In this document: positions 23,156 through 35,518 of the stretch, one piece after another
Layout: each line of letters opens with the position of its first letter
How positions within the stretch are numbered: position 1 is the stretch's first letter
Assembly: GCF_902713615.1 (NCBI RefSeq)
Contig: NC_052169.1
Location: forward strand, 21,692,526-21,756,525
DNA length: 64,000 bases
From: Scyliorhinus canicula
Taxonomy: Eukaryota
Reading direction: 5' to 3'
The notes under the pieces: generated by a model
The model's input: the letters and a program-made list of their open reading frames with translations, nothing else
Database searches by the model: none
Told to the model about the DNA's origin: nothing
Translations under genes and position numbers: made by a program

Positions 23156-24446
23156 CGCTGGTTCAGCCCAGCGCAGCCACCAAGCTCTTGTCTGTAACAG
23201 TGTGTATCCATCACTGCACCGGGGAAACACAGAGAAGAGAGGGGGAAAGAGAAACTGAATATGGTGGAGAGAGAGGGTCAGTGAGAAAGAACAAAGCCAG
23301 GAAGGCAGAGAGAGAACTCAGTGAGAGAGGGCAGCTGATTCCTCTTTGCATATGAATGTCCCTGACCTTCAATAAGCCCCTGAGGATAACCTCAGTTAAA
23401 CCCCTCGCCTCTTGCATTGACCCCCCAAAAACAATCCCAATTTTGGACCATGAGCCAAACAAAAACGAAATAAATCTGCCCACGAAAATTCAGGCTTAAG
23501 GAGGAAATTGCAGGCTTACTTTTGGGAGATGGGGAGACGAGTTTGAGGAGCGCTGTCCGAGGGGCTAGCAGGGGCAGGGCGGGCCGAGTGCCCCCCCCCC
23601 CCCTTTCAGTGGCCCATTTGAGTCGTCCAGCCTCTCGAAGTGTGAGCCTCCTTCTCTCTCCACAGAGGCTGTCAGACCTGCTGAGGTTGTCCAGCATTTT
23701 CTCCTGTTGCACATTTCAGCAGTAATTTGCTTTTTAAATTTTTTTAACGTTATATTCATTCTCTGGTCCTTTGCGCTGTGGGGACTGGGAATAGCCAGGC
23801 AGGGATGGCAGTGTGCAAACCATCTTGGTGAAGCACCTGCTTTGTAGCTGCTGTTCTGCCCATTCCTCAGGAGCTAAAAGACATATTCTATCATTCCCAC
23901 ATTCTCCCCTGTGATTTTTCAGGGCAGCAGTGCTTAACAGGGACCGAGGTTCAATTCCGGCCTCGGGTGATCCTCTGTGTGGAGTCTGCACGTTCTCCCC
24001 GTGTGTGGGTTTCCTCCGGGTGCTCCGGCTTCCTCCCACTGTCCAAAGATGTGCAGGTTAAGTGGATTGGTCATGATAAATTGCCCCTTAGTGTCCAGAG
24101 GTGTGCAGGTTAAGCGGGGTTTCGGGGCTAGGGCAGGGGAGTGGGCCGCTCTTTCGGAGGGTCGATGCAGATTCGAGGGACTGAAAGGCCTCCTTTTGCA
24201 CTGTAGGGGTTCTGTGCACTGACATTGATTCTAAAGTAAATCCCTAGGGTTTTGGTGATGGGATCTTTCCTGCGCTTCGGGGGGGGGGAGGGTGGGGGTG
24301 GGGGATGGGGGAGACTACAGAATTAAGGTGGGGTAGCCATCACCCCCTCCCCTCCAAACCCACCCCCTAACAAAGCTCCTCCCCACCCCTTTACCTGAGA
24401 GACAGGTTGCAGCCTTAACAACAAGGATTATTCCTCTTTGCCCATC

Positions 24447-24768
24447 TAGAACATAGAACAGTACAGCACAGAACAGGCCCTTCGGCCCTCGATGTTGTGC
24501 CGAGCAATGATCACCCTACTTAAACCCACATACCCGTAACCCAACAATCCCCCCATTAACCTTACACTACGGGCAATTTAGCATGGCCAATCCACCTAAC
24601 CCGCACATCTTTGGACTGTGGGAGGAAACCGGAGCACCCGGAGGAAACCCACGCACACACTGGGAGGACGTGCAGACTCCACACAGACAGTGACCCAGCC
24701 GGGAATCGAACCTGGGACCCTGGAGCTGTGAAGCATTGATGCTAACCACCATGCTACCGTGAGGCCCC
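24447..24768 (-). mobile_element. HE1-like SINE with CR1-type tail (also 42112-42461, 52170-52396, 61834-62175 on -)
   Basis: Same head and body, with CR1-like microsatellite tail. Confidence 0.88.
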
Positions 24769-25554
24769 AATCTATGGCAGGTTGAGCTGATATTTGATAC
24801 CGCCTCCCATTACACGGTTAATTAAAAGAAAAGTGCATTTCACTTCAGAAAATGGTCAGATACGCCAGACGTTTAAAAGATATCTTCAGTGATTGAAAGA
24901 TTAGCAGATGAAAAGCATCATTAAATGGCCAGCGGGTAAATCAGTTTGACAACTGCATCATGTTTGTTGTATTGCTCCATGAACGAGATTTACAGAATTG
25001 TGTTCTTAATTTCAGTTGTGAAGGGTTCTCTGTGGTTTACTTGATGTGTGTGAACAGAACAGTTTACCTGGTGCACTTCTTGATGTACCTTAGATATCGG
25101 TTAAAGTCACAGTGTTAACCCTTAGATTGATTGAAGACCTATGCCTAACCTGATCAGACTATACTGATAGCACATGGTGGATGTTTGTGCTACTGACTGC
25201 GGGCTCTGTCTGTCTCAGAGGCTGCATCCCGAATGAGCGGGAAAACTAGTGCCCTCTGGCTTTATAGTGAGCGTGCCCTAACTGGTCTAAAAGCGTGCCC
25301 TTAGACTGCAAACAGTACCAGAGATATTGTTGGCTCCCCAGGCCTGTGTTTTCTGCTTTTGTCCTGAACATTTCAGACATCAGGAATTGGGAGACTACAA
25401 AAAAACGCAGAAAATTGATCCCTACATGATCACTCACCAGAGTGCCGTTCAAACCTGCGACCTCAACCCCCTAGACGGACAAGGACATCAGATACCTGGG
25501 TACACCACCACCTGGAAGTTCCCCTCCATGTCACTGACCACCCTGACTTGGAAA

Positions 25555-25959
25555 TGTCATAATATACACATCAGTATATGATGATGCAGAGACACACACT
25601 GACTGACACACTGCAAGACCAATCAACACACACAACACAGCAGCCAATCACCAGTTAGGGCACGCTCACTATAAAACCAGCGGGCACTAGTTTTCCCGCT
25701 CATTCGGGATGCAGCCTCTGAGACAGACAGAGCCCGCAGTCAGTAGCACAAACATCCACCATGTGCTGTCAGTATAGTCTGGTCAGGTTAGGCATAGGTC
25801 TTCAATCAATCTAACATAGTGTCGACCCACAGTGCGAGTATGTTCAACAGCTCTTAAGTTAATAAAATAGTGTTGTACTATTACAAGTGTTGATAGCCTG
25901 TCTATGTTACTGCTAAGGTAAACGCAGTCTCCACAGATCCAGAGTACCCAAACACATCA
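25555..25959 (+). mobile_element. Solo LTR (405 bp) with 5-bp TSD GGAAA
   Basis: TG...CA termini; GGAAA at 25550-25554 and 25960-25964; internal CCAAT, TATAAAA and AATAAA. The interrupted host LINE fragment resumes after the TSD. Confidence 0.88.
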
Positions 25960-26844
25960 GGAAATATACCGGCCGCTCCTTCACTGTCGCTGGGACAAAA
26001 TCCTGGAACTCCCTCCCTAACAGCACAGTGGGTGAACCTACACCTCAGGGGCTGCCGCAGTTCAAGAAGGCAGCTCACCACCACCTTCTCAAGAGCAATT
26101 AGGGATGGGTAACAATGCTGACCTAGCCAGCAACACTCGTATCTTGTGAATGAATAAATAAAGCCTGGCCTTCTTTACCATGTTCCTGTTCGCCTTTATT
26201 GCTCAAATGTATATATTTCTGTCTTACATATTTCCTAATATATAATTCTTCATGAGGGGGGTTTAAACACAATGCTTAGCGTTCATACTACACCTCCAGT
26301 GGGGGGGGGGTTTAGCTCAGTTGGCTGGACAGTCGATTGTGATGTGGAGCGGCACCAACATCGTGGGTTGAATTCTGTACCGATTGGGGTTATTCATGAC
26401 GCCTTCGCTGCTTCGCCCTCACATGAGGTGTGGCAACAAATAACCACCAGTCAGCTCTCTCTCAAGATGGGTGAGCAACCTGTGGTCCTTGGGCAGATTT
26501 CATACCTCTAATGTCAACTGTCAAATCTGCATGGAAAAATGACTCCCTTAAATCAAATGGAATGAGATTAATGGGAAAGTGACAGTATGGATAAGGGACA
26601 GAAAGGAGGAAGGTGTGGTGAATGGGTGGTAGGTTGGAGGGACGCACACTGGTATTCTCCAGGAACCAGTGTCCTGGAGAATTTAAAAATTAAATTTTAC
26701 CAACCATCATGGGCGGGATTTGAACACATATCCTCAGACTATCAGCCTCGTGCCTCTGGATTGCTAGTCCAGAGACATTCCCACAACACCACCATCTCCC
26801 CATGTATATTAGTGGCCTGGTCTTGGGTATCCAGTACTTCGGAG

Positions 26845-27330
26845 GCTCTGGTCAGAACCTATTTGGAGTACTGTGAGCAGTTTTGGGCCCCGTATCTAAG
26901 GAAGGATGTGCTGGCCTTGGAAAGGGCCCAGAGGAGCAAAAATGATCCCTGGAATGAAGAGCTTGTCGTATGAGGAACGGTTGAGGACCCTGGGTCTGTA
27001 CTCATTGGAGTTTAGAAGGATGAGGGGGGATCTTATTGAAACTTACAGGATACTGCTAGGCCTGGATAGAGTGGACATGGAGAGGATGTTTCCACTTGTA
27101 GGAAAAACCAGAACTAGAGGACACAGCCTCAGACTAAAGGGACAAAACTTTAAAATAGAGATGAGGAGGAATTTCTTCAGCCAGAGGGTGAGGTTAGGTT
27201 CTTGATTAATAAGGGGATCAGGGGTTATGGGGAGAAGGCAGGAGAATGGGGATGAGAAAAATATCAGCCATGATTGAATGGCAGTGCAGACTTGATGGGC
27301 CAAGTGGCCTAATTCTGCTCCTATGTCTTA
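26845..27330 (+). mobile_element. CR1 3' fragment
   Basis: LSYEERLRTLGLYSLEFRRMRGDLIETY. Confidence 0.88.
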
Positions 27331-27984
27331 TCTTCTTCAGTCCACACCAACCAAAACGGGGGTCGAACCCCATGACGTTAACGTCAATCTGACCCACACC
27401 AGCCATCCCCCTGCAGCAGACCAAGTTGTCGTGGCAACATACCCTTGCCACATTGTAGATGAAGCCATGGATAGTGATGGCGGAGGCTCCAATTTGTTGG
27501 CTGACGGGAAATCTCCCCCACTCTTAGCACCTTCCATTGGAGCGTGTCAGAGAGGATTGCTAAGTCGATAATCGCTAATCCTTGGCCACCTTATGAATGG
27601 ATGCACCTTGCTTGGCCATCGGGTCCTGGAGTGGGACTCGGACCCAGAACTACTGGCTCTCGGTCAGAGATCCTACTCACTAAGCCACGGGTCTCAGGTA
27701 TGCAGCATACTTCAAAATTTGCAGGCAACACAAAATTCTGAAATGCAATAAACAGTGAGGGGACAGTAACTGATCTTAGGGCACCAGAGACGCACAAATA
27801 GGAAGAAAGAAAAAAGGCAAAATGAACGAAATGATTCAATTTTAAAGCAGATTCAGAAGCAAAGATCTGCGATGGTGCTTAATTAAAATTTAAAAGGAAC
27901 AGGACAAGTTGGGGGGGGGGCAGTCAAAAAACATATGGAATCCTTTGAATGAAAGCAAAATACTACGGATTCTGGGAATCTGAT

Positions 27985-28925
27985 CAATGTTAATGATCTA
28001 GATCTTGGCGTGCGGGAGGCAATTTCAAAATTTGTGGATAACAGGAAACTTGAAAGTATTGTAAACTGTGAGGAGGACAGTGTTGGACTTCAATAGGATG
28101 TGGACAAGTTGAAGGAGTGGGCAGAGAGGTGGCAGATGAAGTTCAATGCGAATAAGTGTGAGGTGATGCCGTTTGGTAGGAAGAACGTGGAGAGATTATA
28201 CAAAATAAGGGGGTAAAATTCTTAAGGGGGTGCAGGGGCAGAGGGTGCAAGTGTGCATCGACCATTGAAGGTGGCAGGACAGGTGGAGAAAGCAGTTCAT
28301 ATATCATATAATATCCTGGGCTTTATTAATAGGAGCATAGATTATAAGAGGTTGTACTGAATTTATACAAGACTCTAGTTAGCCCTCAGCTGGAATATTG
28401 TGCACAGTTCTGGGGGCCACACTACAGGAAGGATGTGAACGCATTGGAGAGAGAGCAGGAGAGATTCACAAGGATGGTTCCAGGGATGAGAAACTTCAGT
28501 TGTGAGGAGAGATTGGAGAGGTCGGGACTGTTCCCCTTGGAGAGAAGGAGGCTGAGAGGAGATTTGATAGAGATGTTGAAAATCATGAGGGGGCCGGACA
28601 GAGTAGATCGGGAGAAACTGTTCCCGCTCGGAAAAGGATCAAAAGCGAGAGGGGCACAGATTTAAAGTGATTTGCAAAAGAAGCAAATGTGATGCGAGGA
28701 AAAAAAATCAGTGAGTGGTTGGGGTGTGGAATGCACGGCCTGGAAGTGTGGTGGAGGCAGGTTCAATCGAGGCATTCAAGAGGATTGTTCGAATAGAGAC
28801 CAACGTGCAGGGGTGCGGGGAAAAGGCAGGGGGATTGGCACTGAGTCACGATGCTTGTTTGGAGAGCCGGTACAGACACGATGGGCCGAATGGCCTCCTT
28901 GTGCCCCGTAGCAATTCTGTGATTC
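27985..28925 (+). mobile_element. CR1 3' fragment
   Basis: LERRRLRGDLIEM, VWNA...VVEAG, gggccgaatggcctcc tail. Confidence 0.85.
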
Positions 28926-28934
28926 TGAGAATTT

Positions 28935-29115
28935 GAAATAAAAACAGCAAATGCCGGAAATACCCCACACGTCTGGGAGCATACGTGGAGAGAAAGAGTC
29001 AACGTGTCGGATCCGTACGACTCGAGGGGTTATACGGACTCGAAACGTAAACTCGGTGTCTCTCTCCACAGATGCTGTCAGACCTGCCGAGTCTCCCCAG
29101 CATGTTCTGTTTGAT
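28935..29115. mobile_element. Penelope-derived imperfect foldback (tail-to-tail ends)
   Basis: aaaacagcaaatgccggaaa...gtggagagaaag pairs loosely with ctctctccacagatgctgtcagacctg...cagcatgttctgttt. Related pieces at about 23630-23725, 31210-31295 and 50225-50310. Confidence 0.55.
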
Positions 29116-30227
29116 ACAGAACCCTTGGTTTTATTGATAGAGGCCTGGATAGAAAAGCAAAAAAAAAAAGTGAAGCTAAACCTTTACATAATACTGGCTA
29201 GGTCGCTGTTGCATTTATTTCAAAGAACAAAGAAAATTACAGCACAGGAACAGGCCCTTCGGCCCTCCCAGCCTGCGCCGATCCAGATCCTTTATCTAAA
29301 CCTGTCGCCTATTTTCCAAGGATTTAAAACTTCGAATTATATCACTTTAGGAAGGATGACAGGAGGCAGAAGCAATGAGGGATGAGAATCCTTAGTTACA
29401 AGGAGACACTGGAAAGATTAGAGATTGGGCGATTGGATAGGTGTTCAAAATGCTGAACAGTTTTGATAGCGTACGTGAACATAGAACATCACAGCGTAGT
29501 ACAGGCCCTTCGGCCCTCGATGTTGAGGAGAGACAAGTCCCAGGAGCAGAAGAATCAGTAACCAGAAGACACAGATTTAAGATGATTAGTGAAAGAACTG
29601 AAGGCGATGTGAGGAAACTGTTTTAACAGAGCGAGTTGGGTTGTGATCCGGAATGCTGGCCTGGGCAGGGAGGGAGTGGAGGCATTTAACTCAAGCTCTT
29701 CAGCACTCCTGTCGACTAGCCCTTCCTTCGGAGATCAGTTCACTGTCGGCCAGTGACAAGAGGGTTGCCTCTCATCGGGCTGTGCATTAGCACATAACCC
29801 AGCAGGCTGCCACTCACAAGCTTTTAGTGGCTGAATTCGGATGGAGTTCCAACCTCAGGTTCAACAAAACAATATCAAGATCCCAAAAATGTACGCATAT
29901 ACAAAACAGCACCGTGTCAGTGCAGTGTGGAAGAGTGTGGCAATTAAAAATCTCAGGGCTACAGACATTAAGTGTCACGCGATCCTTCTTGTAGAACTGG
30001 CCTCCCAGCTATCAGTCCCTTGGAAAGTGCCACCTCCTGAACCTTAGCTGCTGCCGTGTATTTTAAACCAGGAAAACTCTCGGACTCTTGTCAGGAGCCG
30101 ACGTAAGATTTCTTTAAGCTGTTCTGGGTTCCCCCAACAATTGAATATTATTTTGTTGGGTGGTATGGTTTATCTCCACACTATACATCGTCTCAAGTGA
30201 GGTACAAACTGTTAATCAATCCCTTTT

Positions 30228-30630
30228 CTTTTTTAAAAAAACATTTTATTAGGGTATTTATAGTTTTTATAATAACATAAACATAGTAGACAAGACATTC
30301 CCATCCCTGACACATTCCTCACACCCCCCCCCCCCCAAACAAAGAAACAATAGCCTAACTGTGCCCCCCCCCCCCTAGATTTTTGCTGAGAAACCCAGCC
30401 ATGTCACTAACCCAGGTCTCTGATTTTGGGGGCTTCGAGTCCCTCCACATTAACAGGATCCGTCTCCAGGCTACCAGGGAGGCAAAGGCCAGAACGTCAG
30501 CCTCTCTCGCCCCCTGGCCTCCCGGCTCTTTTGACTCGGCAAAGATTGCCACCTCTGGACTCGACACCGCCTGTGTTTTAAGTACCGTGGACACGACATC
30601 AGCAAAACCTTGCCAAAATCTTCGGGCATG
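30228..30630 (-). mobile_element. L1 3' fragment
   Basis: EADVLAFASLVAWRRILLMW; same family as 17800-17900; poly(A) end. Confidence 0.8.
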
Positions 30631-31429
30631 CAACCAATCCCTTTTCAATGGTCTGGAATGCGCTGGCTGGAAGTGAGGCAGGTTCAATCAAGACATTAGA
30701 TGATTGCTTGTTTAAATAAATGTAGAGTACCCAATTCTTTTTTTCCAATTAAGGGGCAATTTAGCGTGGCCAATCCACCGACACTGCTCATCTTTGGGTT
30801 GTGGAGGTGAGACCCATGCAGACATGGGGAGAATGTGAAACTCCACACGGACTGTGACCCAGAGCCAGGATCGAACCTGGGACCTCGGCGCCGTGAGGCA
30901 GCAGTGCTAACCGCCTCGCCACAGTGCCACGCCTGCACGAATGACTACTTGAATAGAAAGTGTGCAGGAGCATGGGGAAAAGGCAGGAGAATGGCACTAA
31001 GTCGCGATCTTCGCTTGGAGAGCCGGGGCAGACACGATGGGGCGAACGGCCTCGCTCTGCGCCGTTAACAATTCTGTTTCTGGAAACGAAAACAGAAAAG
31101 GCTGGAAAGGCTCAGTTGTGTAGAAGGGTCGTTTGGGCTCCCAGAATGCCGTATTGCAGAAGAGGCCCTTCGAGTCTGCACTCTGAATAGAACATAAAAA
31201 TACATTGGAAAAGAAACAGAAAATGCTGGATAAACTCAGCAGGTCTGGCAGCATCTATGGAGCATGAAGCAAGAGGTAACGTGCTGAGTCTCTGAAGGCA
31301 GCAGGGCATGTTTGTAGGTTGGTAAAAAAGGCATGTGGGACACTCGCTTACATCAATTAGGGCACAGATTACAAAAGCAGGGAGGTCATGATGGAGCTGT
31401 ATAGAACTTTGGTCAGGCCACAGCTGCAG

Positions 31430-32118
31430 TACTATTAAGAGGAAGTGGGAGGGAGAGCTGAGCTGGGATGTTGGGGGGTTGGTAGATCGAAGCACTTCAC
31501 AGATCAACTCCACCTCATCGTGTTCTTGGCTCAGCCTGATTGTTTAAAATGGTGCATAGGGTACATGTGACCAGGTGGGGTTCTTCTCAGTAGATCGTAG
31601 GTGTGGGCAGCGTTCTGGGGGTCCGGAGCTCCATAGGCACATGTTCTGGTCTTGTTCGAAGGTTGTGGATGTCCCTCTTCAGCACCATATGGGGAATTCT
31701 TGGGGTTGAGCTGGAGCCTGGCCATTTTTTGGGGGGTTTTAGATTGACCAGCGCTGCAGATGGGGGCAAAGGCAGATGCTCTGGGCCTTCACCTCGCTAA
31801 TAGCCCAAAGGCGACGGCTGTCTGGATGGAAGTCCTCGCTCCCACCCAGTGCCACAGCGTGGTTCTGACCTGATGGGAGTTCTTACATTTGAAGAAAAAC
31901 TAAGTAGACTCTGAACGGGTTGGCAGAAGGGTTCTATTTGAGGTGGGCAGCCATTTATTTCCATCTTCAGGGAGCTGGTCACTGTCAGCTGTGTGTGTGT
32001 GTGATTCAGGGGAACTGTTTTTTGTTCTTTTTGGTGTTGGGGGATGGGGCATTGAAATATTGTAATTATTGGAAAAATATGGATGTATAATTCAAAAAAA
32101 CTTTTTAATAAAAACATT
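31430..32118 (+). mobile_element. L1 3' fragment, decayed
   Basis: Remnant C-terminal HMFWSC motif, T-rich UTR, AATAAA at about 32107. Confidence 0.65.
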
Positions 32119-32133
32119 AAAATAACTTGCTTC

Positions 32134-32355
32134 GGGGCAGCACGGTGGCTTGCATTGCTGCCTACGGCGCTGAGGACCCGGGTTCGAATCCCGGCCCTGG
32201 GTCACTGTCAGTGTGGAGTTTGCACATTCTCCTCGTGTCTGCGTGGGTTTCACCCCCACAACCCAAAGATGTGCAGGATAGGTAGATTGGCCACTCTAAA
32301 TTGCCCCTTAATTGGAAAAAATAATTGGGTACTCTAAATTTTAAAAATAAAATAA
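32134..32355 (+). mobile_element. HE1-like SINE, poly(A) subfamily (also 13898-14118, 18640-18851, 56718-56943, 58612-58830 on +)
   Basis: TSD aaaataacttgcttc at 32119-32133 and 32356-32370. Confidence 0.9.
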
Positions 32356-34759
32356 AAAATAACTTGCTTCAAGAAAAAGTTCATGTCCCAATCTGCAACA
32401 TTGCTGTAATGTGCAAAGTATTTCTCACTTCCAGTCCTCGCCCAATCTCTCAGGTAGCGATGTTCCCGAACCACTTTAATCCAGAAAAACAATCCTTGCA
32501 AGATTCAAAAGCAATCATCATACCTTCACCGCCCGCCTTTCACAAATATTAGCCACTTGTCAGATTCTGGTCAACTGCAACTGTTGCTCATCACAAATCG
32601 GTAAAAGTCTCGAATTCATTTTCAGCCGCTGATAGGATCATCTTGTATTCTTTTACATGAGTCATCAGCTCACTTAAAATAACATTTTAAACTTTCTCCG
32701 ATTACTTCTCTTGCTTTTTAAGCCTATATATGATCCCACATGCAACTTATATATCCAAAAGAGGCAGGTTTGATGTCTAAAGGTGAAGTCCTTACTATTG
32801 GGAGTCTGAATTTTATTCTTTTGAACACCTTGTAGCTCTATTTCAACAACTCAAGATGGCTAATCAATAATGAAAAGTACTTTAAATATCAGAACAATTG
32901 ATATTTTACGGAGCCGCATTAATTCTCTTTACAGCTTTGCAAAAAAAATTGTGTGATTTTGAAAGGTTCCAATTCCACACATCACCCCATTTAGATTTAA
33001 ACGGTGGCAAATATGTAGCAGAGGATGTCTTCTCGAATAGACTGCAGCAGTTAAGACACAAACACTGAGGCAACAAAAGCAACTAAACTTTCAGATTCAG
33101 TAAATACATTAATTTTTTTCCCTAAAATTTAGAGTACCCAATTCATTTTTTCCAATTAAGTGGCAATTTAGCGTGGCCAATCCACCTACCCCGCACACCT
33201 TTGGGTTGTGGGGGCGAAACCCACACAAACACGGGGAGAATGTGCAAATTCCACACGGACAGTGACCCAGAGCCGGGATCGAACCTGGGACCCCTGCGCC
33301 GTGAGGCAGCAGTCCTAACCTCTGCACCACCGTGCTGCCCTAGTAAATAGATTAATATAGAAAACTTCTCACACTGGGCAGCACAATGGCATAGTGGTTG
33401 GCATTGCTGCCTCACAGCACCAGTGACCCGGGTTCAGTTCCAATTTTGGGTGAGTGAGAGAGTTTGCACGTCCTCCTAGTGTCCGTGTGGGCTTCCTTCG
33501 GGTGCTCCCGTTTCCTCCCACAGTCCAAAGATGTGCAGGCTAGGTGGATTGGCTATGCTAAAATTGCCCCTTTGCGTCCAAAGATGTGCAGGTTAGGTGG
33601 GGTTGCGGAGATAGGGAGGAGATTGGTGGGATGCTCTATTGGAGGGCGTATGCAGACACGATGGGCTGAATAGCCTCCTTCTGCATTTGTTTTCCTCCAC
33701 ATTGGTCATACTATATTTCTATAAAAGAATCAAACTTCATATCGCATACCGTTTAGTTTATTTGGAAGTTACAATTTAATCCTTCAAATAATTGATTTAC
33801 CATTGAATTTAAATCATTCATCAGGAATGATTGTTCAGAATGATGAAAAAATATCTTGTTACTCTGTAATTAGCCACTGCAGGTTACCATTCTCAAGCAA
33901 GTCAACAGCTAAACCGGCTTGTTAATGCAGTAGTCACACGCAAGAGGAGGCAAAAGGCTAGCTGATGGGATTTTAGTAATTTAAAAATAGGAACTATATT
34001 TCAAACATCTCTCACATTTTAAAAGTACACATCAACTGATGATTGATACATCTCTTGGATTTCGCAGTTAGAATGTAATGGCTGCAGAAAGCCTAGGTAC
34101 AACCATCATGTCGAACTCAAGTGAAAGCTTAATGACTCTACAACAAAAAAAAAGAACACTGTGCACAGAGAAATAGGAGCAGGCTATTCAGCCGCCCAAG
34201 CTTATTCTCTTCATCCATTAGATCCCGGTTTGTCTTAATTGCTCAGTGAATCGTACTTTTGGAGCAGTGCAGAATTGGGAAAGGAGATGAGAAAAGATTT
34301 TAACACAGAGCCATGCATTTTGGAAACAAATCAATGGGAATATGTTGAAAACAAAGTGTAAGGTAGTGGTGTAGTGGGATGAATTTGGACATTGAATGTA
34401 TCTAATTTTAATTATTAATTGTTTGAAATGCCACGCCGATGGAGTGGAAGGGCATGACACGCAATGCACCAAGAGGAGAAAAGACAAGGTCGAAGAGGCA
34501 GCAAACCAATAATGTAAAAGCGTGTTCCAGGGCGCAGCTGAATGATTGGATCCCGATTTTGCATTGGAGAACAGATTATCGAGTAGAGAATCAGTGTTGC
34601 ACATCAACAGGATACTGTCGCAGAATTATAGAATTTACAGTGCAGAAGGAGGCCATTCGGCCCATCGAGTCTGCACCAGCTCCTGGAAACAGCACCCTAC
34701 CCAAGGTCAACACCAGTCGCAGGGCACTTTGTACCCTTTAGCTTACCACATTGCACGGA

Positions 34760-35358
34760 CATACAGCAAATTCAAGCAGGTCAAAGGCTAGGAATTCTAC
34801 GGCGAGTAACTCACCTCCTAACTCCTCAAAGCCTGTCCACCATCTACAAGGCACAAGTCAGGAGTGCAATGGAATACTCTCCACTTGCCTGGATGAGAGC
34901 AACTCCAACAACACTCAAGAAGCTTGATACCATCCAGGACAAAGCAGCCCCGCTTGATTGGCACCCCATCCACAAACATTCACTCCCGCCACCACCGACG
35001 AACAGCAACAGCCGTGTGTACCATCTACAAGATGCACTGCATGTAATTCACCAAAGGTTCCTTCAACTGTACCTTCCAAAACAACGACCATTGCCATCTA
35101 GAAGGACAAGAGCAGCAGATATCTGGGAACCCCACCACCTCCAAGTCACTCACCACCCCGACTTGGAAATATATCACCGGTCCTTCGCTGTGGCGAAATC
35201 CTGGAACTCCCTCCCGAACAGCACAGTGGGTGTACCTACACTTGAAGGATTGAAGCGGTTGAAGGCGGCAAATCACCACCGCCTTCTGAAGGGCAACTAG
35301 GGATGGCCAATAAATGTTGGCCAACCAGCGACACCCACATCCCATAAATCAATTAAAA
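34760..35358 (+). mobile_element. Second LINE family of the CR1/L2 superclade, 3' fragment (other copies about 25470-26160, 50851-51155, 57485-58040)
   Basis: YKAQVRSAMEYSPLAWMRATPTTLKKLDTIQDKAA; shared tail gggcaa(c/t)tagggatg...cccacatccca. Confidence 0.75.
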
Positions 35359-35518
35359 AATAATAATCTCTAGAAGTTAGGCACTAAACATGCCCAAGAT
35401 AAAGATGGCTGAGAAAACAGGGTCAGATTATAAACACCAAATGGGAGAACATATCTTAAATATCATAGAACTAAATGAACAAACACACCAAGACAAGCTG
35501 CAAATTATAGAAATGTTT

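Noticed and set aside
26300-26385. tRNA gene
   Set aside because: A and B box-like head but no intact cloverleaf; continues into a SINE body shared with 58066-58262.
29224-29323. Near-identical copy of 59570-59669 as another templated insertion
   Set aside because: It includes the true CR1 3' terminus and lies 30 kb away, as expected for an ordinary 5'-truncated retrotransposition.
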